Source: Pocillopora damicornis
Taxonomy: Eukaryota
Direction: 5' to 3'
Assembly (NCBI RefSeq): GCF_003704095.1
Contig: NW_020843402.1
Span: 186,001 to 250,000, forward strand
DNA: 64,000 nucleotides
Of the stretch, positions 51,099-63,437 are shown one piece after another; the stretch's first letter is position 1; each line of letters begins with the position of its first letter. The notes beneath the pieces are model-generated. The model was given only the letters and a program-made list of their open reading frames with translations. It searched no databases and was not told the DNA's origin. A program made the position numbers and the translations under genes.

Positions 51099-54000
51099 TG
51101 CGTGCACACATGATGCAAATATTAAGGTAGCGAGTATCTTACAATGAATACTGTGTTACAGAAGGAAAAGGGATTTGGAGAGCTGGGCTCTTTACATTAT
51201 GTAGATCTATGCCATGTTATCTTAACAGGGTTTCAAAAATGAACTCTGCACCCTGAAAAGGCTGATGCAATCTTGAGGATACTATGTGAAAGAAGTTGCA
51301 ATCAAAATTTATTCTGGCAAAAATTTACTTCATAACGCCCAAAATTATGTTAATGGTGTCAAAACTTTCCTTAAACTGAAAAGGAAGCTTAACACCAATG
51401 TATAGAAGTGATATTGGTCACTTCCGCCTCAGATGATAGAGCCTCAGGAAAGTTTGAGAGCACCTACTGACCCCAGTAGCAAATAACAGAGACTAAGTTA
51501 CCATAAATGGTCTCAAGATTTTCAGATGTGTATTAATCCCCAGTTAAGCCATTTTACCTTATAAGGGCATCAGAATGCACAGAATATGCTATGTGAATAA
51601 CCTTGCAGATGGCTTATTTATATTTGCTGCTAAAAATGATGTTTATAAACTATACACAATAACTCTCTGCAAGCATTGTATTGTCATGTATTCTTGTAAT
51701 GGTTATGTGAAACATAGATGAGCCAAATTTTCAAGGAAAACCTTAAGTTCACTTCATTTGTTTTTATGGAAAAAAAAGTGAAAAAATTAAAATAAAATGG
51801 ATTACAACTTATGTACTATTTAGTTAATTTGAATCATATAATTTTTTACTTGTAGTTTGTGAGTTGAAGGTTTTTGTCATTTAGATTGACAGGAAGAGTA
51901 CAGCCAAGGTTGATTACCTAAAGGAGATAGAAAAGCAGGTCCAAAAGAGATGGGCTGAGAATAAAACCTTTGAAGTGGACTCTCTTCCTGTAAGAATCAT
52001 TAACACTATGGGCCTCTGCCACATTCCTCTTATTTTGTGTTTTAATTGTCACTCGTATTCAGTTTCAATTAACTTTGATATTTCTCTATCAACAGCCTGG
52101 ATCACCAGATGCAAAGTAAGTAAATTTTTATTGTTGTTGATAATCCTGGCTTTGATTTCTTATGATATGGATAAACAATTAGCTTTGTCTTTGAACATGT
52201 TACAGAATGAATCTAAGTTTATGTCAAGATTGATTTAATGTTGGAGAGGTGGTGCAGAACCAACCTTGCATAAAAATTGGTCAATTAATTCACGTATGTG
52301 TCAGCCAGTGAAATTGTAGTTTGCAAGACTGACAGAGAGCACAAAGTTTGAATGTAAAGCATGAGTACCTGGCAGTTGTTAACACATAGCTGGGCCAGCA
52401 AATGGTTTTGATAAAGTTCCATATTATTGATATAGGAAAGAAAAGTTCTTTTGCACATTTCCGTATCCTTATATGAATGGAAGACTTCATCTTGGACACA
52501 CATTTACCCTTTCAAAGGTATGCTGCATTAAATAACACAAAAGAACATGGAACTGAACATTCTTTTTGAAGTTTCTAAATTATTGATAATCTTTTTGATT
52601 GACTAGATTTATGCCAGTTGATAAAATATTAATTTTATGTTCTGTTTGTTAATTCTATGGCTGCTTTTCTGAAAATTATCCTGGATTCATGGAACAGGCT
52701 GAGGTAAAGGACTCTTGAACTGTTTTTTTCAGTTATTTTTTTCACTCATAACTTTTTCTCATTATTCAACACTATTTGCCAACTAATTTTTTCCAAATTT
52801 AATTAAAAATTTTTTTTATGAATGATTAGCTATTGATTACTTGTATTTTAAGTTCAGTCTTTATTTTATGAACAGTTTGCTATTGGTTACCAACGGCTGA
52901 AAGGCAAGAGATGTCTTTTTCCATTTGGACTACACTGTACAGGCATGCCCATCAAGGTAATTTTTAAAAGGTTGTTTCTACGTCTAGGCATTAATTTTTA
53001 CTTTCTGTAAAGGGTAGACAATCAGGTAAAAGCTCTAAGAATTTAAAATCCTTTGGCAATAGATATTTTCCAGTCATTTAAGATGACAAGAACAATATGA
53101 TGCTGTTTTTTCCTTGTTTTACACTATAAAAACATCTTGACTGCCTCAGAAAATTATCCAAGACCGTGAGTTTTTTATCCCACTCTATTTGGGATTCTTC
53201 CCCTCTACACAATTTCACAGATATTTCAATATTATCAAGTGATATTTTTGGTATCTTGCGTTCAAGGAAAAGTGGCAAATGTTTCACTGAGTCAAGCTCA
53301 CTTTCTTTTCCTTAGCGCCATCTTGAAGACCTGTTATTGGCAGAACTGTAGTGATAAGTGTTTTTAGATTGTTGTCATATGTTTGGATGATAACTTGAAA
53401 TATTGACAGTTAAATTCCTTGTTGTTTCTTTAAAATAAGAACGATTATCCTTTTGTTAGGCCTGTGCAGACAAGCTGAAGCGTGAAATGGCTGATTTTGG
53501 ATTTCCTCCAAAGTTTCCTGAAAAAGTTGAAAAAGAGGAGTCAAAACAGGTGCAGGAAAGAAGCTGTAGAAAGTCTTTTTATGGTGGCCAGTTTACATAA
53601 TCAACAGAATTGATGAAACCAATTGGTAGCGTTGTCCACAGCATGAAGTGTGATGTACAAAGTCCCCTTATATCACTTTTTTATTAAACCTTTTGATATT
53701 TTTTGGGAACATGAGAATGGCTTGTGTTGAGTCAGAAGTCACTTATACCATAAATAATTTATCTTAAGTGAACTTAATGCTTATTTCTGAAAGACTGAAA
53801 ATGTCAAGTGGAACAAGTTATAGTCTTTGTAATTGTATCCTGGTTTTATCCATTTAGATGAAAAGCAAGGTTGCAGCCAAGACAGGTGGTTTGGAGTATC
53901 AGTGGCAAATTATGCAATCACTTGGATTGAGTGATGAAGAAATAAAAAAGTAAGTGCTGTTCTTTTAATGATCATACAGTTGACAACCACTGATGAGTGC

Positions 54001-57000
54001 ACCTGTAGTCAAGGTTCCATTTCTTTTATTGTTTTTCTTTTATCCTAAAATTTTTTCCCAACAGTAATCTTTGTTCTTGGATTTTTTGGGTAAATTTTGA
54101 TGAAGTATCAATCTATAATTTCCTACTGCTTAACTGCTACTCACATTATTTGTTGACGTATTAATTCAGGTTTGCTGAAGCTGATTACTGGTTACATTAT
54201 TTTCCACCTTTGGCAAAATCTGATCTGCAAAATATGGGATTGAAGGTATGGGAAATTATGGTATGCTTTGATTGTTAACTTTTTAAGGAAAGGTGGAAGT
54301 GTGGATTCCTATGCTAAATAGATTTCTATGCAATGGAAGTGGAAGCACTCCTTCCACTGTTACCATGCTAAAGATGCTCCAGTCTTTACACTGCTCACTG
54401 CAGGGTTACTTGTCCTTTTTTACCTGCATAATGTTTACCATTTATAAAGCTCTAAATTTATCATTATTTTGTTTAACTCACCAGGTGGACTGGAGACGGT
54501 CATTTATCACCACTCATGTCAATCCATACTACGACTCTTTTGTAAGGTGGCATTTCTGGACCCTTAAAGATGGTGGGAAAGTCAAGTTTGGCAAAAGGTG
54601 TACATTGCTTTGTTTCATCTACTGTGAAAGTGATATACTTCACTTTAAGTATGGTAAAGAGTACATGATATTCATCTGAAGCATTTCTTTAGTTTTACTT
54701 TTTGTTCCCGTTTCAAAAATAGCCTCTATTCAAGGCCTTTTTGTTGCTGCCTGCTTATACTAGTACCACCTCTAAGTTGGCTTAGACCCAGAAGGCTGCA
54801 GTCTGGCTTGAAGATGTATTCTCTGCTCTTACCTCTCCCTTGGTCGATAGATGGCTTACAAGTTATCTACAGAAACAACAGTGGGGTGGTCAATTAGATT
54901 GTTGCCCATGTTTGTTTGGTTTTGTTTGGTTTTGTTTTTGATAATGGTGATGGGGGAGGAGGATAGACAGGTGTCGTCTTGATGCAGTTCCACTCTACAC
55001 TTTTTATCTTATTCTAAATTCTGTACAATGAGAATCGGCTAACATAGTTTCTTCTTTTCCTATCAGGTACACAATTTTCTCCCCTAAGGATGGCCAGCCC
55101 TGCATGGACCATGACCGACAGACAGGAGAGGTTAGTTTAAATCTCAGAATTAAAAAGATTTCTTCTATCTTCTCCATTCTGTTTATTAAATTAATGTTAT
55201 TGTTTGGTTATTAGGGAGTAGCACCTCAGGAATACACTGGAATCAAAATGAAGATCTGTGAACCATTCAAAGGGAAACTAAGGTATTAATGCAAGTGGAA
55301 ATTTTTAATGGAATTACCCCTGAATACTTCATTTAAGTGGACATACCATATTGATCCATGTATAATATGCACTTTTTTCCTCTAAAAATAACCATAAAAA
55401 TCGTGGTGTGTATTATACATGGTTTCTATTGTTTTTCAAGCATGTCCTAATTTGCATACATTAAAAGCACAACAAAGAAAGTAACAAAAGCCTAGTAGTT
55501 TAATTGGTCTTTATTAGCTTGAGTTAAATAATCTACTGATGAAATATTTTCAATTTTGATTCACAAACACAACAAAGAAAGTGACGAAAGCCTTGTGGTA
55601 ATTGGTCTTTATTAGCTTGAGTTAAATAATCTACCAACAAAACATTTTCAATTTTGGTCCATAAATAAATTTAATAGTAAGAGTATTTAAGAAACAGCTA
55701 ACGAGACAAAAATTACGATCGTACCGTATTACTGTAATCACAAGTGACAAGAAATTCGAAATGGTAATGAAACTTACCACTGTGAAACGTCAGCTGTAGG
55801 AAGAATTAACGTTTTTTTTGCACCCCAATTTTTCTTGGTCAAAAATTGGGGTGCGTATTATACATGGGCGCGTATTATACACAAGTAAATACGGTATTTT
55901 ATCCAGGCATACTTTGATTATTACAAAACAGCAAAGTTCTTTTCTTTTTTTTTCTTTTTTTTAAATTTCATTTTTCTTTTTTTTTAATTTCATTTTTCTT
56001 TTTTTTAATTTCAATTTTCTTTTTCAAATCTCACAACTCAAGATTTGTTAGATGTAGTTGAATATTTCTATATACAGCTTTATGAATCTCTATTTGCCCT
56101 TATATGTTCTTCCTTTCCTGACTGGATGATTTTCTTTCCTCTTTGATTCCATGCAGTGCACTGACTGGAAAGAACGTCTTTCTAATGGCTGCTACACTGA
56201 GACCAGAAACCATGTATGGACAAACAAACTGTTGGGTTCAACCAGACATCAAGGTGGAACACAACAATAATTATTGCTGTCTAAAACTTTGAATCTGCTT
56301 TTGAAAACTTCTTTCTAGATACTATTGTTGAGGTTTTTGGAACCCTAAATTGAGCAAGCTATTCTATATTTATCTTTTGATATCCTTGTGCCTTTGCAAA
56401 TGAATGTTTAAAGGTTTTTTCACTGACTCAGAATACTGTGGCTGTGTCCTTAACAATTTTTACCCCTTAAATGCATGCAAGATGATTGTTGGTGAATTTT
56501 TCAACTATTGCTACTGTTTTTTTTCAATCTGTGGAACCATTTTTGAACCTTTTCATAGTACATTGCCTTTGAGACGAACATTGAAAATGAAATCTATGTA
56601 AGCACCCGACGAGGAGCAAGGAACATGTCTTATCAAGGGTTCACCCCAAAGGAAGGAGTGGTCAATGTTCTGTTAGAGCTGACTGGACAGGTGTGAATAC
56701 ATTTAAATGTTGTCATATTTTGTTTTCTTAAATTGTCAGGGTACTGGTACATTTTAGTAGAAGCTTACATGCACAACAGATACCATTTTCACTGCTTATG
56801 GATGTCTTTTTCCGGAATCATCAATTGCATTTCTTTATTTATCACTTTTATTTGAAGGACATCATGGGAATTCCTTTGGATGCACCGCTCACACATCACA
56901 AAGTTGTTTACACTCTCCCCATGTTGACCATCAAAGAAGACAAAGGTGAGACTGGTTTTCAGACCCTTTCCAAAGACTGCATACCTCTGAAACACGTGTC

Positions 57001-60000
57001 CAGTTTCAAGATAGTATCATTGTTCATGCAACTCAGCTTGAAGCATTATTTACACTGGCAAACTACTTGCTGAGGTTTGAGGGGATAATTCTGCCTCAAC
57101 AAGTTTTCTTGTATTGAGTTGTGGACAAGTTTCTTTACTCTGTGAACTTTTTCTTTCTAGGTACCGGTATTGTGACGTCAGTTCCCTCGGATGCCCCGGA
57201 TGATTACGCTGCTCTCAGAGATGTCAAAAACAAAGCGGTCAGTAAGCTTCTGATGATTATATCAGTTTTAATAGGACAACGTTTTGTGGCAGGAACTAAG
57301 ATTCTACTCTTTTATTAAACCTCAAGGCATTCAGACAGAAATATGGTATTACAGATGAGATGGTTCTACCATATGAACCTATTCCCATCATCCAGGTCCC
57401 TGGTTACGGGGACCTCTGTGCGGTAAAGGCCTGTGACGACCTCAAGATAAAGAGCCAGAATGATAAGGACCTTCTGACAGAAGCCAAAGAGCTCACCTAC
57501 AAGAAAGCCTTTTACGAGGGAACAATCATTGTTGGGGAATATGCTGGTCAAAAAGTTCAAGACGTGAAGAAACTTGTGCAGAAGAAAATGTTAGACAGCG
57601 TAAGTTGATTTTAACTCCTGTGTTTAATTTGTTTGGTTTTTTGTCGATCTATAACTCTGATTAGTTTTTGACATATTGCATCAACAATCTTTACTACAGA
57701 GATGTTCCTTTTATTGAGTAAAACTCAAGAATGGTTTGTCTTAAAAACGGTGGCCTTTGTGGGCCTGTTGGATGCAAGGCTATGACTTTTTACGGTGAAT
57801 TTTCGAGTTTTCGATTAACTGATTAATGAATGAAGGAGCGAAACAGAGAGAAACTTCTGTCGTCCAAGACAAATTGTTTTCACATAATTTCTGTTCTTAG
57901 CAACAACGCAATCCCAAGGAAACTTTGGTGATAGAAGCTCTGAGTGAATATTTTGATTTTCTAAGGGTGAGGCACGGATCTACATGGAGCCAGAGAGGAA
58001 GGTCATTTCGCGGTCAGCGGATGAATGCGTTGTTGCTCTTTGCGACCAGTGGTAAGAATTGGTCAATATAGCGAAAGTTGTTTAATTGATGTTGCCAAGG
58101 TAACTTTTTTCTTTTTTCTGGGTAGGTTCCTGGATTATGGCGATGAATCCTGGAAAAATACTGCGCGGGAATCTCTGGAAACTTTGAACACGTAAGTTCC
58201 CGTGTGGTGTTTCCTTTTTATTTTGCTGTATCCACACTTGTCGAAGCTGTAGTCATGAGATCAAGAACGATGTCGAGATGGTATTTGATTTTTTACTTAG
58301 CCAATCACGTGCCTGATCGACACCTCTGACTTGCACGCGAGTACAATGTGTGGTTGATTCGGCTCGATAAAACATACACAGCGATGATGAACACTTAGAG
58401 TTTTGCTGAGGACATCGTGGTCTCATGAGAAGTTTAACCAATGGATCCTTCTGAGCTGTGTGATGACGTTTTGCAGTAACTTGGTGGACTCTATTGAGGA
58501 AGAAAAGGGCGAGGCTTTGTGTTGTGACTGTTTGGAGGCTTGCGTTGCAAAGTCCCAGGTGATAAGCTTACATTTTGCTAATGTTGTATTTGTTTTTCAG
58601 ATACGCGGAGGAAACCAGACGCAACTTTGAAGCCACCTTGGACTGGATTCAGGAGCATGCGTGTTCAAGGTCTTATGGTCTCGGTGAGTATTCTAACAGT
58701 GTGGTTAGTGGCTATTGTTAACTTTATATAATTAAAGTAATAGGTATCACATCTTAAGTAGTTAAAGTTTTCACTAAAGTTTTTGCAATTTTTTTTTCAC
58801 ACGTGCGCGTTCGAACGAGTTTTTGTTAACTATTATGTGTTTACGTGTATAAATAAATTACTTACTTACTTACTTACTCGACGGAAATTTGTCTTTGTCT
58901 TCTGTCATTGTCATTAATTGCAAACATTACAGTGTAGGTTTAAATGTCTGCAACTGTTGTTAAACAGGACTTTATTTAGCAGACCCTCAGTTCTCTCTTG
59001 TCAGCCGATATCTATATTGTAAGATGTACCTCTCCTTTCTGTTGATTATATTTCCTAGGTCAAGTACCGGTCAAATTCTTCAGATATCACTAATCCGATT
59101 GTCTACAATTGAACGTGCGTTGTTTCATGCACGGTGTAACTTTAAAAGGAATACTTGGTTTGCTCTCGGGAAGTAGTCGGTTGACTATTGATTTGAGGGC
59201 CCAGTCACGAAAGTTCCAAATCCGATCATTCCAATTATTGTCTAGAAGGGTCATTAGTTTAACATGCGGAATAAACTGTTCAAAAAGGCTAGGATGCACT
59301 AGACGTGTCAGACGCTTCGGGGTTGAACGAAAACCTTCGCGGAATTTTTACCCTCTCCCATGGAAATTGTGCTTTGATTTATATTTGGTGGAGGAATTTC
59401 TCACCCCACACGCGCGTGAGCCAATAATCATCCCCGTTCGTCTCGCGCGGTAAGCTCGCGCGCGTTGTCGTTGACAACACCAGAAGAGCTTTGTCAGCTC
59501 AGATGATTTTATAGATACAGGAGGTTCTAACTTTTTTATGTTTTTTATTTTATCGTGATAGGCACTCGTTTACCTTGGGACGAACAGTATTTGATTGAGT
59601 CGCTGTCTGATTCCACCATTTACAATGCTTACTACACAGTCGCGCATCTGTTGCAAGAGGGCTCCTTTGACGGTTCTGCCGGCGGGCCCCTAGGAATCAG
59701 GTACCACTTCAAGTGATAGTTCCCTTGATAAATGGATTCTTTTGACGGCTAGCTCCGCTTTTATGTCGTCTGAATTGCTTGGTTACTAGTGCAGTAATCG
59801 AATGTATATATTTAACATTAAGGAGTGACCTTTTTCAAGGTTTTATCTGTTCACTAACCCTCGCCGTTATTGACGATTAAAAGTGAACACTGATTATTAT
59901 TTTAATTCGTCCGTCATGTTAGGTTTGTGTAACAAATTGTTTCAAGTGACATCTTAAGAAAGTGTTTAGATGAATTCTCGCCATGGACCTGTGAAAGTAT

Positions 60001-61719
60001 CACTCAATTTAAAAATTAAAAAATTCTAAGAGATTTTTGTTAAAAATATAAAAACAGCGGGAAATGCACTGTGTTGTGTGTTCGTCGCTTCCCAGAACGT
60101 ACTGAGTCTCGGAGTCACTACGGTATGTTTATCTTTCAAACGATGTTTAATTAAAGGCAAGCAGTTCCCTAAGGTTGCGATTCAAAGTTTAAAAGTACGA
60201 TGTGCAAAATAACCTTACTGTGATGTTTTCCTATAAAACGGAGAGCCATCAGAAAGCGGAAACAACTCTTTTTAAAATGTAAATCAGCATGATCAACAGT
60301 AAACTAGATCATGATGGAATATTTTTTAATGGATTTGGAAAAAGAAAACTGAGCATTTTCTTTCTTGTGGCTCATTTAACGGTTTGTTGTTGGAAAGTAT
60401 ATTTGATTTGTATTTCTCGTCTGTTATAGTTAACTTCAAAGCCTTTGTCATTCACACGAAAAGGAAGTTTCGCGAAACATCAGGTTATATTTGATGTTAT
60501 GACGGTGATAACGCATCAGATCAGATTAATATATCTCCAACATTTATTCCAATCAGTGATCAAATTTGCATTTCTCCGTTAAAGATGCAAGAAATTACGA
60601 GCAGGCGCGGGAGGAGAAAAAGGAAAATAGTCAACCTATTGATTAGATTATTTTCTTGAAAAGTCATAGTTAAAGCAGAAAGATGGCAGTTTTCTTATGG
60701 AAGATGTATCTTGGAGATTAGAATGATTCAGTTAAGTCGTTATGGCCATACAAAAGGGTTCCCTGTCGATCAGAAAAAATATATAGCCGCTCTGTAAATG
60801 GCATTTTCATTAATTTAGATTTTTTCTAAAATAGAAGTCATGCTGTGTTTCCTTCCGAGCATATTAAGGTTTTGAAACATAGTAATGGAAACGCTTATTC
60901 ATCTAAACTCGGGTCAGGTGTTCAGCTTGAAAATATTGTGTGTCAATGGTCAGAGACTGTCCATCTGACTTTATTTCAGGCTTTCTTCAACACAACAAAC
61001 TACTCACTTGTACTCTGCAGCGAAATAAATGAGAGTAATTGATAGTGCTCTGAATATGTACTCTGTGCAGCTCTGCGTTTTTCACTTTTAATTTCTTTTT
61101 AGGCAGGAACGTACCAAAGGAGCATATTTTGTTTTAGCTTTTATCGTGAATTTGTCCTCCCTTCCATTAACAGTCGGAGTTTACCTTCTCTATCGTTCTT
61201 TGTTCACTTTTGGTTTACTTGTATTGTTGGTTCGTTCATTTAAGAGAACTGCATTATTTTAAAATTTCTCCAAAGTTAAGGGAATATTCAGCCTCTCTTG
61301 ACGTCGAGATAAAGAAGGCGGCTCATTCTTGTCTCCACGCACTGCTTCCTAAAAGTCGCTACAAATCGAAACATGTTATTGCTGCGAGAATCGCACAAAT
61401 TTCAACCTGTTTTAATTTGTACGATTTGTTGCGGCGGGAAAATGATGTCGTAAGGATAAATATTTGCTCAAAAATTAAATTCCTCATCATGATGTCACAC
61501 CAAGGGAATTTTCGCCTCAACTTATCAATTCACCTTCACGCATGCACCTTTAAAAGACGCTTCGAATTATTACTTTTGTTATCATTAGTATTTCCTTTCC
61601 ATGTTCTAAACCGTATTATGCATTTTCAGGGCGGAACAGATGACTAGAGAGGTGTGGGATTATGTGTTTTTTAAAGATGCACCTTTTCCTCAAACAGACA
61701 TCTCAGAGGATAAATTGAA
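50784..61719 (+). CDS. LARS1: Cytoplasmic leucyl-tRNA synthetase, 5' portion (continues beyond window); exons 50784-50789, 51885-51989, 52096-52115, 52436-52517, 52698-52703, 52876-52956, 53460-53549, 53858-53949, 54170-54245, 54485-54597, 55067-55130, 55215-55282, 56157-56253, 56559-56690, 56858-56945, 57161-57237, 57327-57599, 57966-58051, 58126-58191, 58601-58683, 59562-59700, 61630-61719
   Basis: [15 protein letters not shown] (HIGH motif), [60 protein letters not shown] (editing domain), [26 protein letters not shown]. The KMSKS motif is not reached within the window. Confidence 0.97.
55344..55896. mobile_element. Tc1/mariner-pogo type MITE in a LARS1 intron
   Basis: TA-flanked imperfect TIRs taccatattgatccatgtataatatgc / gcgtattatacacaagtaaatacggta; internal ~90-bp direct repeat (55468-55558, 55568-55657). 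Confidence 0.7.
58376..58461 (+). ncRNA. Intronic box C/D snoRNA predicted to guide 2'-O-methylation of 18S rRNA (SNORD62 / snR41-equivalent site)
   Basis: Terminal stem ACACAGC / GCTGTGT; box C ATGATGA 58384-58390, D' CTGA 58406-58409, C'-like ATGAGA 58425-58430, D CTGA 58451-58454. Guide CCAATGGATCCT (58438-58449) is complementary to 18S AGGAUCCAUUGG. Confidence 0.88.
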
Positions 61720-63437
61720 GTAAGTATAAAAACAGTCTGGTGTAGCTCACTTTGCACTTAATAAGACTTATTTTTCACTTAATACACGCCATATATTGTT
61801 TCAGTGACCTATTTACTGAGTGAAAATGATAGTCTGCCTTTAAGGTAAACGAGAGAAATTATTGAAATAGCAGAGAGGGAGAAAACTGCAATGATCGAAT
61901 TGTTTTTGTCACCTCCTTTCTTTTGTTTTTCGTTTTTGTTCATCTGGAAATATCGCAGATGACTGAGTTTAAATCTGAAAACCTTTTCATCCAAATTACC
62001 GGATTATGCCTTGATTCTTAAGCGAGAGACAAGCGCGAGGTTTTTATTCTTAAGCTAAAACCCAAAGATTAAAATGTCGCGAGATCGTTATCATTTGAGG
62101 CAATCATCTAGAGCTTTCAACACACGAAGAGAGCATTTGGCTCATTATTTCGTCCTCGGCGATTGTTATCTTCTTTGTTTTGATGTGAAAGAAATAGCCG
62201 CCATACGGAAAACAGATGTAAATATGGAAAGTTACGGCTGTTTTCTTGTCAGCTCTTTTCTCAGCAATTACGTGTATTTAGCTGCGTGCAAGACATGTCT
62301 AGAATTTTAATTTGATATAAAATGGCTTTATAAGTGTAATTACACGTGTTATCTGAAGAATGACTCGAGGCTTTTTATTACTGTGTTTTTCAAGGTGACA
62401 ACTCAATGTTGTAGCTTCATAATAGCATAAATAGCAGTTTTTATCTTGCGCTGCCCATCGTAGGTGCACGGAAAGCTGCTTGTTCCTTTGTCTTCCTTCC
62501 CTACTAAAATGATTCAGAACTAATTTACATGCAAATTTGTCTTGCTTATTGGCAAAGAGGAAAAAAAGCATGCTTTTCAGACAACCCGGGATTCAGGATA
62601 TGTCTTATCTTCGTTATCCTGTTCAATAAATTTAAAGAATAAATTATTATGTACATGTTGTTATGTTAACTTCTAAAACTCGACCCGTCATGAAAATTTG
62701 ATCTTTGGAATTCTTGATCATCTTTTTACGGACAAGAAATGCTCGTCTGTACTTTCCAACTAACATTTGCAGGCGATTGACTATTAATTATATTTTTTTT
62801 TTATAATAGGCTAAAAGTCTTTGTATTCTGTCAAATTTAATTTTCTTTTAAGCGCAACTTTTTCTTAAGTCCCAATTTAAATTTGACTCAATGATGTGCG
62901 GTATTTCTCAGGTGTCTTTGTTTATAGTGCGAAAGAGCGTGTGATTTAGATAAAAGAGTTTGCTCCATTTTTACGGAAGTGCAAATCATGCTCAGCTAAT
63001 TCTAAGTGACTTCTACAGCAAATATTGGATTATCCCCTCCTGAAGTTCTTTTTTCCTTAATAATGGGACTTAATTAAATCTTTTGTGAGTTCACGGTAAA
63101 TGTCATTTTCAACGAGCGGTAAACTTAATAAATGGTGCTTCTCGTGAAAATTACTCAGATCCATGCTGAAACAGACATACAGAAAAAATAAAATTGGACG
63201 CTTGTCAAGCAAAAGCGTCTTATTATCCATGGGTAACCCCATCTTTCATAAAAGTTGAATGAATAAAATTATCTCCTGCATTACAAATACAACCCTTACT
63301 TATAAATACAACTAGTCCCTTTCCTCTCGAACTGTTGTGTTACAAGGATCCGGCGTGCTGCGCTGTTTTATCGACAACTCTTCCGTTATGTACAACCAAA
63401 CGCCATCGCTTCTGTCGGACTTCAGTTCCCATAATAT

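Noticed and set aside
50698-51111. Two similar short minus-strand ORFs (MKV.LFEAERM.DHPNTL.DDVE)
   Set aside because: The similarity is explained by the DNA tandem duplication; there is no independent coding evidence.
52290-53400. Hairpins in LARS1 introns resembling H/ACA snoRNAs (also 2250-2365)
   Set aside because: H/ACA boxes are missing or wrongly spaced from the pockets.
53985-54015. CTGATGAG hammerhead-like cores (also near 16526)
   Set aside because: No GAAA or stem II/III at the required spacing.
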